From: a virus
Lineage: Duplodnaviria > Caudoviricetes
Reading direction: 5' to 3' (one strand)
DNA: 32,309 bases
Virus record (IMG/VR): IMGVR_UViG_3300027861_000125
Span: 1-32,309 of that record
The stretch's first letter is position 1; each line of letters opens with the position of its first letter. The position numbers and the translations under genes were made by a program. The notes beneath the pieces were generated by a model. It was not told where the DNA came from and did no database searches. It worked only from the letters and a program-made list of their open reading frames with translations. Shown here piece after piece: positions 25,831 through 32,309 of this stretch.

Positions 25831-28800
25831 ATGCTGCGCGATCCTCTTGTTCGGGAAGAGTCCCCGGTTGCCCGTGCGCGGCGGCTGATGCGCGACGGTT
25901 CCCCTCCGCAGCCGCAGACGCAGCCGCAGACGCAGCCGCAGACGCAGCCGCAGCCGCAGACGCAGCCGCAGGAGCAAGAGGGCGCAATCTCTAGGGCCCG
26001 CGCCCTTATGCGGGAATCCGCAGAAGGTGAGCCTTTGGGCTTCTGGGACGCGGTGGACGAGACTTTTCAGGGGGGCAAATGGAAAGAGAAGCTCCCTTTC
26101 GTGGGCGGCGCTGTAACGGCGGAGAAGTATTCGTCTCTATGGTCGGCTGCCTCTCGCATGGAGAACGGCGAGCAGACAAAGGATGACGAGGAGCTTGTTC
26201 TGGCCTTTCTCTCTGAGGGCCAGCGCGAGGAGGGCATCGGCTACCTTGTGGGTTCCATTCTGACTGACCTCCCTGGGTTTGCGGCAGAGTTTTGGCTTTC
26301 TGGTGGCCTTTGGACCGCCGGAAAGAAGATGGGCCTTTCTGTGGCGAGCCGGGGTCTGCGCGAAGCCATCGAGTCCGCAGCCCGAAAGGGTGGGGTGCGC
26401 CTTCTCAAAAGGCAGATGCAGAAGAGGTCCGTTGGGGGCTTTACTGCGGTGGCAGCCCGTGGCATTGGCGCCGCCGCAGTCAACACGGTTGGTCAAGGGG
26501 TGGCAATGACGGCCGTTGGTGAGCTTTTTGGTGGGTCTCGGGTCACGGCTGGCGCGTGGCGTAGAGCCCTTCCTGAGATGAACCTAAGCGAAGATGATGC
26601 TGGGCGCTTGGCTATCACCTTCAACTCAACCGTTGGTGACTTCTGGGAGTCTTTCCCAGTTGCCGCTCAAGACGAGTTTATTGAGTTGTTCTCCGAGCGG
26701 TCTGGCGATGCGCTAATGACCGTGGGCGGACAGGTCGCCTCCAAGATTCCGGGGCACGCTGCCCTTACGGCCATGCAGGGCCAGGTAGCTAAATGGTGGT
26801 CTGTCAAATACCCGGGCGAGATGGGCAGGCTGCTCAAGACCGTGGCCGAGAAAGGCGGCTGGCACGGCCCGGTTGGGGAGTTTCTTGAGGAGCGCCTTGG
26901 TGGCGCCATGCGTGGCGCCGCTGGTGTAGAGCCTGGTGGAATTATCCACAACGCATTCCCTGGCACAAAGCAGATGGCTGCGGAGTTGATTGCGTTCAGC
27001 GTTCCGGGCGGTGCTTCGGCGGGCTTGCAAGCCCTGGCCTCTCCTGGCCCAGATGTTGATATCGAGAGCCGGGGCTACAGGCGCTCCACAACGCTTCCGC
27101 AGCCCGCTGGCGAAGAAGAGGTGAATGAAGCCACAGCGGAGTTTTCCAAAAACCTAGCCGATTCTGCCGCAAGTCGTGACGAGGGGGCTCCAGAGATCGA
27201 GATTGTAGACGGCCCCAAGGACACCAACATTTCTAGGCGCGGCGTTCAGGTTGTCTATGTCCAGTCACTTGACGGCAAGCCACTACCTCTTTCTGGCAAG
27301 TTCGTTCGCCCCGGGCTCGCCATTGTTGATGTGAACGCCCCCGCTGGCCAAGAGGCCATTCTGACGCATGAGCTTTTACACAACCTTGAGGAAACTAACC
27401 CGGAGGTTTTCAAGCAGCTCTATGAGGATCTTTCAGCGGAGGACCGTGAAAGCCTGGAGAGGTTCAAAGAGGATTACATAAAGGACTTGGGCGAGGCCAT
27501 GCCCGAGACTGCGCTTGACGAGGCGGGGAAGGTGTCTGAGGGCGCGGCGCGTTACGGCGAAGAGCGGGCTAAACTTATTTGGCTGTCTGTAACACCAGAA
27601 GGGCGCCAGTATCTAGCAAACATTTGGGGAAACCAGAGGAGCGCCCTAGAGAAAATCTCTGACTGGCTGAAAGCTGGTCTAGGGAACCTTGGGCTTCACC
27701 TGAGAAGCACGCAGGAGAAGCGCCTGGCAGAACTAGACCGTCGCCTTAAAACCAAGGGCACGGCCAGGGAGCACCTTCTTGGCGCCATCTTGATGGGTGA
27801 GGCGCTGGACACAATGCTTGGCGTCGATATGGGAGGGGTCCTTACAGCCCAGGAGCTTACAGCCCGGGGGCCCGCATCGTTTGGGGCCTCGGGCCCGCCC
27901 GATGGCGAAGGAGCGGCGGCGCCCGGCGTAGAAATGTCCCCTCTCTCCGTCATAGGCGGCGCCTATGACTCGGAGGGTGTATATCTGGGGGCCGAGGTAG
28001 AGCCCTACGATGGCACCGAGGAGGGGGCTATAAAGGCGGCCGCTGCCGTTATGGCGCGACTCCAAAAAACCTTCCCTGATATGGATGTGGGGGCCACTCG
28101 CATAGGGGTCACAGATAAGGATGGGGGCCCCGCCGGGGTTATTTCACCCGATGGCGAGATGAGAGCATGGGAGGCGCCTACCCCGAAAGAGTTGCCGAAA
28201 GAGGCGTCGGCCCGAGAAGCTGAAGAGCCCGAGGCCCCCGATGATGATGATGAGAAGGCCCCGCGCAAGAAGAAGAAGGCCCCGCGCAAGAAGAAGAAGG
28301 CCCCGCGCAAGAAGAAGAAGGCCGAGCTTGGCATAAGCAAGGAGCAGGCGGACGCTGAACAGGAAAGGACCGTCCGGTATAGAGCAGGGCCCACGGGGGA
28401 TAGCGCAACGCTTGAGCTTGCTAGTGGGCGGTCTCTTCCAGTTGTCTACAGGGTGGTAGACGCCGACGATGTTCTACCTACCCACGACGCCCGTAGGGGC
28501 TTCCGGCCGAACCCGGGCGCTGACATCAACGAGCGGCCCTATGACGATCCCACCGAGGGCAGAGCCTCAAGGGCCACCGTGGAGAAGATTGCAGGGAGCC
28601 CGAAGCCCCGCTTGATATTCAGCGACACCCCCAGCCCGGTTGACGGCCCCCCCATAGTTACGCCAACTGGGGTGGTTTTGGGCGGCAACGCGAGGACTAT
28701 GGCGATGCAGCTTGCCTACGGCGCGGGCGGCAAGCCAGCGGACTCCTTCCGCCGTAGTGCCCGGGCCTTTGCGAAGCGCATGGGTGCGGACTCAAAGGGA

Positions 28801-31800
28801 ATCAAAAACCCAGTAGTGGTGCGTGAGGTTCAGGCGCCCGAGGTGGGGGAGCCGGGAAGCCTCTCGCGGGAACTCAACGCTGCCCTGACCACAGCCCGTT
28901 CGCCGGTTACGGACGCGGTTTCGAGGGGCTCAAAGATCACGGCAGACTCGGCTGGCCGCATTTCTACGCTCCTTGGCGACGATACGCTCGGGGAGGTGCT
29001 TAACAACCCCAGCCGCACGAAGGCCCTACTATCTGAACTCCGCTCTGTGGGGGCATTTACCGAGGCCGATATCACCTCCGCACTTGAGGAGCGCGGTCTT
29101 TTGACCAAGGCTGGTCGAGACATGGTAGAGCAGACGCTTCTCGGGGCGGCCCTGCCAGATGTCAGGCGCGTTGCAGAGATGGCCCCGTCTGCGCGGCAGA
29201 AACTCATTCGTTCGCTCCCCTCGCTTATTGGCCTCCGCTCCGGGTGGCCCGTGTTTTCGGAGCACCTGGGAAACATGGCGGACGGAGCCAAAGCCTACCG
29301 GGGCAGCGGTCTGGCCTACGAGGACTTCCTCGGTCAGCAGACCCTCATTCAGGAGCCCTGGAAAGATGATGAGGTTGCCCTGGACCTTCTAGGGGCATTC
29401 GTTCGGGACGGCCAGAAGGCGTGGGCGGAGCGCATGAAATCACTCGCGCATCAGGTAGCAGACATCTCTGGCGGTCAAGCCGGAATGTTTGCTGGCGTGA
29501 TCGCTGACAGCCCAGAGGGGGCCGTGCGCTCTGTTACGAGCCGCTTCGCCGCCCCCAGGGGCAGCGCCAACGCTCCCGCGCCTGACGCTTCCTTTGAGGA
29601 GCGCGATGAGTTCCTTGCCAAGAAGTACAACATTCGTCAGTACGCGGAGGCAGGCCCTCGCCCGGTCCCGCTCGCGCCAGAGCCAGACTACCGTTTCGCG
29701 GCCAAACGCCCAGAGCAGGGCAATTACGGGGTGGACTCGATCTGGGGCCTTCCCCTCAATAAGGACGGGACTGTTACCGTTTACTACTTCACTACACGGA
29801 GCCTGGCGCGGGCTATTGGGCGTGCCAAGGAGATCCCCTCCCCGCCAGGGGGTCGCGTATATGTCTCGAACGACTCTTCCGCAAAGGCGGTGTACGGGCC
29901 GAACAGCCAACGCTCTGTGGTGCGGCTCATGGTGGACCCGCACGACTTGCACCTGGAGCGCGAGATTGAGGGAACGGAAAACAGCAAGCTCTTCTTCATC
30001 GCCACCAAAGAGGGGCGAGCGTTCTCCCGCAAGATGGAGACCGGCAACCCCTATGCTCGCCAGGTGGCAACCCATGGTCTGAGGTATTTCAGAAGTGTCT
30101 CTGTGGACCCAAAGTTCACATGGAAGCGGCTACGCGAGAGCTTCGCGCAGGCGCTGGACGAATATCTCGCCCTGTCCCCCAAGGAGCAGCGGGCGCGGCT
30201 TTCAGAGGTCAATAAGCACCTCAAGCAAGAGCACAATGTCACAACCCTACTCACGGGCAACCGCAAGCTCCTCAAGAGCAAGGCTGGGGCCATTGGTCTC
30301 AAGCTCCCCAAGTGGGCCAAGGGGATCAAATCTGCTGGCGTCGGCCTTGCGGCTGCTCAACAGCTAGGGGATGACATCAACCTTTGCGAACTCAGCGCCA
30401 ACTGCATGGCAGTCTGTCTCGGGCACACGGCTGGCGATAACTGGACCCACGGAGGGAGGGGGTCGGATCGGCGCGGAGCGAGAATGTCCCAGTACCAGAA
30501 GTCCGAGGCCATGGTCCTCAGTCCCGAGGCATTCATCATTCGGCTGCACCATGAGATTTCTAAGATGGAGGCGGCGGCCAAGGGAGAGAAGGTGATAAGC
30601 GCGGTTCGTATCAATGTGACCTCGGACATCCCCCCCAAGGTCTTCCGGTCTCTGATGGAGGCGCACCCCGGCACCACCTTCTACGACTACACGAAACTTC
30701 GCGGTATGCCCATAGCGCCGAACCATCACCTGACCTACTCGTCGGACGGGCTCGCGCAGACTCTGCCCGGCGGTGAGCGCGTCGGGCACGATCACCCGAA
30801 CAACTGGCGGTTTGTGCGGAGTATGCTGGATCGGGGATACAATGTTGCCATGGGCTTCTCCGCCAAGGGAGCGGGAGAGGGCGATAGATATGACCGCACC
30901 CAACTCCCGGCGCGACTAAAGGACGAGGAGACGGGAGAGATTTATCGGGTCCATGACGGCGACACATACGACACTCGGTTTTTGGACCCGAAGGCGCGTC
31001 AGAGGAAAGGGCGCAAGAAGGGCATGATCATTGGGCTCCGCAACAAGGATATGTCCACCAAGGCGGCGAGTGCCGCCAAACAGTCGGGGGGCTTCTTCGT
31101 GGACTACGACAGGAGTCGTGATGGAGCCACCGTGACTGTGGAGACGCAGCCGCTTCCGGGGGAGTTCAAGGCTCGCCCCCGCTTCGCTGCTCCTGCTCCC
31201 CCCGTAGGTTCACCAGAGTTCCAAGCATGGTTCGGGGACGGGGTGGTGGATGCGGAGGGGAAGCCGCTGGTGGTTTATCATGGGACGGGGCGGACCTTCA
31301 CCGAGTTTGCCCGAAGGGCCCTTGTCAGGGTTGGTTTTGGTCACGGCTTCCACTTCTCCGCCGACCCCGCCGTTGCGAACATTTACGCTCAACAATGGGA
31401 CCCGGATGCCAAGCGGGTGCTTGCGCCCTACGGCTACCGCTCCAACAACCCCGGTGGTGCGTGGTTGGAGCATGAGCAGGCGAAAGCCCGCGCAGGGAAG
31501 AAACGCGGGACGGTGACTGCCCAAACGGTCGACGCGCCCATCGCGGTTGACGATCTCCTGCGCCTTCCTGGGCAAGCTGACGAGCATAACCACATTCTGG
31601 ACGGCGACGAGCGCGTGCTCGAACTGGCCGAGGAGATGAGGGCTGTCGGGTACAAGGGTGACGAGCCCCTGCTCGTATGGGTGCCTCTCGACGGTCGGGC
31701 CACTATTGCCGAGGGAAACCATCGCGTGCGAGCCGCGAAGCTCGCCGGGATCGACACCGTGCCCGTGCATTTCCGCTGGTTCGCTGGATCGGAAAAGGCC

Positions 31801-32309
31801 ACCGGGGAGTGGAGCGCCAAGTCCGTCGCGCAGAAAGTGGGCGGCCAGGTGGGTGCCGCTCCGCGAGGCCTCGCCGTTTATCTGTCGATTCAGAACCCGG
31901 CATCCCTCCAAGAGTACCTAGACGCGAAGCGGAACTTTGAGGGCACCGGGTTGGTGGTAGAAATCCAAACCCGAAGGCTCCTAGAAGAACGCGGCTTTGA
32001 CGGGATCAAGTATCCCGGTGACGGAATCCTCACGGAAGGCGGGTGGAGCTATGTTGCCTTCTCCCCCGACCAGATCAAATCCGCCACGGGCAACACCGGA
32101 GCCTACGGCCAGCGTCCCCCTACTGCTGAAGAGGCGTCCGGGGTAGGCATGACCGAAGCCGAAGCCCTTGAGGCACAGCGGGGGGGCGACATACGCTTCG
32201 CCATTCCCCGCGTTGACCAGTTGGGTTTCTTCTCGCAAGCCGAGAAGGCCGCTCTCGAATCGCCTCAAAAATCCTACCGCAAGAACCAGGTGCGCCCGCG
32301 CTTGAAGAA
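25831..32309 (+). CDS. Giant polyvalent internal virion protein (3' truncated, >2150 aa)
   Basis: Hand translation from ATG 25831 is open to the window end, which is why the track omits it. Motifs: HELLH at 27367; [13 protein letters not shown]...GPPIV...GGNAR; [14 protein letters not shown]...FYDYTK; [20 protein letters not shown]...QIKSATGN. Confidence 0.92.
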   Translation, partial: MLRDPLVREESPVARARRLMRDGSPPQPQTQPQTQPQTQPQPQTQPQEQEGAISRARALMRESAEGEPLGFWDAVDETFQGGKWKEKLPFVGGAVTAEKYSSLWSAASRMENGEQTKDDEELVLAFLSEGQREEGIGYLVGSILTDLPGFAAEFWLSGGLWTAGKKMGLSVASRGLREAIESAARKGGVRLLKRQMQKRSVGGFTAVAARGIGAAAVNTVGQGVAMTAVGELFGGSRVTAGAWRRALPEMNLSEDDAGRLAITFNSTVGDFWESFPVAAQDEFIELFSERSGDALMTVGGQVASKIPGHAALTAMQGQVAKWWSVKYPGEMGRLLKTVAEKGGWHGPVGEFLEERLGGAMRGAAGVEPGGIIHNAFPGTKQMAAELIAFSVPGGASAGLQALASPGPDVDIESRGYRRSTTLPQPAGEEEVNEATAEFSKNLADSAASRDEGAPEIEIVDGPKDTNISRRGVQVVYVQSLDGKPLPLSGKFVRPGLAIVDVNAPAGQEAILTHELLHNLEETNPEVFKQLYEDLSAEDRESLERFKEDYIKDLGEAMPETALDEAGKVSEGAARYGEERAKLIWLSVTPEGRQYLANIWGNQRSALEKISDWLKAGLGNLGLHLRSTQEKRLAELDRRLKTKGTAREHLLGAILMGEALDTMLGVDMGGVLTAQELTARGPASFGASGPPDGEGAAAPGVEMSPLSVIGGAYDSEGVYLGAEVEPYDGTEEGAIKAAAAVMARLQKTFPDMDVGATRIGVTDKDGGPAGVISPDGEMRAWEAPTPKELPKEASAREAEEPEAPDDDDEKAPRKKKKAPRKKKKAPRKKKKAELGISKEQADAEQERTVRYRAGPTGDSATLELASGRSLPVVYRVVDADDVLPTHDARRGFRPNPGADINERPYDDPTEGRASRATVEKIAGSPKPRLIFSDTPSPVDGPPIVTPTGVVLGGNARTMAMQLAYGAGGKPADSFRRSARAFAKRMGADSKGIKNPVVVREVQAPEVGEPGSLSRELNAALTTARSPVTDAVSRGSKITADSAGRISTLLGDDTLGEVLNNPSRTKALLSELRSVGAFTEADITSALEERGLLTKAGRDMVEQTLLGAALPDVRRVAEMAPSARQKLIRSLPSLIGLRSGWPVFSEHLGNMADGAKAYRGSGLAYEDFLGQQTLIQEPWKDDEVALDLLGAFVRDGQKAWAERMKSLAHQVADISGGQAGMFAGVIADSPEGAVRSVTSRFAAPRGSANAPAPDASFEERDEFLAKKYNIRQYAEAGPRPVPLAPEPDYRFAAKRPEQGNYGVDSIWGLPLNKDGTVTVYYFTTRSLARAIGRAKEIPSPPGGRVYVSNDSSAKAVYGPNSQRSVVRLMVDPHDLHLEREIEGTENSKLFFIATKEGRAFSRKMETGNPYARQVATHGLRYFRSVSVDPKFTWKRLRESFAQALDEYLALSPKEQRARLSEVNKHLKQEHNVTTLLTGNRKLLKSKAGAIGLKLPKWAKGIKSAGVGLAAAQQLGDDINLCELSANCMAVCLGHTAGDNWTHGGRGSDRRGARMSQYQKSEAMVLSPEAFIIRLHHEISKMEAAAKGEKVISAVRINVTSDIPPKVFRSLMEAHPGTTFYDYTKLRGMPIAPNHHLTYSSDGLAQTLPGGERVGHDHPNNWRFVRSMLDRGYNVAMGFSAKGAGEGDRYDRTQLPARLKDEETGEIYRVHDGDTYDTRFLDPKARQRKGRKKGMIIGLRNKDMSTKAASAAKQSGGFFVDYDRSRDGATVTVETQPLPGEFKARPRFAAPAPPVGSPEFQAWFGDGVVDAEGKPLVVYHGTGRTFTEFARRALVRVGFGHGFHFSADPAVANIYAQQWDPDAKRVLAPYGYRSNNPGGAWLEHEQAKARAGKKRGTVTAQTVDAPIAVDDLLRLPGQADEHNHILDGDERVLELAEEMRAVGYKGDEPLLVWVPLDGRATIAEGNHRVRAAKLAGIDTVPVHFRWFAGSEKATGEWSAKSVAQKVGGQVGAAPRGLAVYLSIQNPASLQEYLDAKRNFEGTGLVVEIQTRRLLEERGFDGIKYPGDGILTEGGWSYVAFSPDQIKSATGNTGAYGQRPPTAEEASGVGMTEAEALEAQRGGDIRFAIPRVDQLGFFSQAEKAALESPQKSYRKNQVRPRLK
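25909..25971 (+). repeat. CAGCCG/CAGACG microrepeat encoding (QPQT)n
   Basis: Directly visible. Confidence 0.9.
28255..28323 (+). repeat. 21-bp tandem repeat x3 encoding APRKKKK
   Basis: GCCCCGCGCAAGAAGAAGAAG x3. Confidence 0.95.

Larger units (their letters stand above)
1..32309. mobile_element. Tailed dsDNA bacteriophage genome segment, podovirus-like (free phage or prophage undetermined)
   Basis: Terminase, portal, scaffold, capsid, adaptor, nozzle, GNAT and ejection proteins in podovirus order. No tape measure, sheath, integrase or host housekeeping gene seen. Confidence 0.95.

Noticed and set aside
28258-28320. PRKKKK as a eukaryotic nuclear localisation signal
   Set aside because: All context is bacteriophage; a simple basic repeat explains it.
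26137-32268. Many short track ORFs on both strands in the last 6 kb
   Set aside because: They are shadows of the single open frame starting at 25831.

Overview
GC-rich segment of a tailed dsDNA phage with podovirus-like (P22/T7-type short-tail) gene order; the host cannot be named from the sequence. Left end (1-1860, +): 10-bp tandem repeats, small ORFs, a 2OG-Fe(II) oxygenase and a DUF1064-type nuclease. A hairpin-dense non-coding gap follows (1861-2260), then a minus-strand block of small genes (2261-4845) and a divergent promoter region with twin palindromic operators. The long + strand late operon runs: small terminase, six structural-looking genes, large terminase, portal, scaffold, major capsid, decoration protein, adaptor, 1620-aa nozzle, GNAT and two ejection proteins. 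It ends in a giant ORF missing from the supplied track (25831 to window end, >2150 codons, translated by hand). This polyvalent virion protein carries an HExxH peptidase, a DdrB-type ParB domain, a GP88-like Cys-triad domain and an ADP-ribosyltransferase with a nested ParB domain, with RFA motifs recurring at domain boundaries. The most unusual signal is the minus-strand ORF at 4441-4845, a nucleotide patchwork of 28-39 bp pieces matching three different late genes (terS, scaffold, ejection protein). One target site sits inside a perfect 38-bp intragenic inverted repeat. All family calls are from motif recognition by eye; no searches were run.
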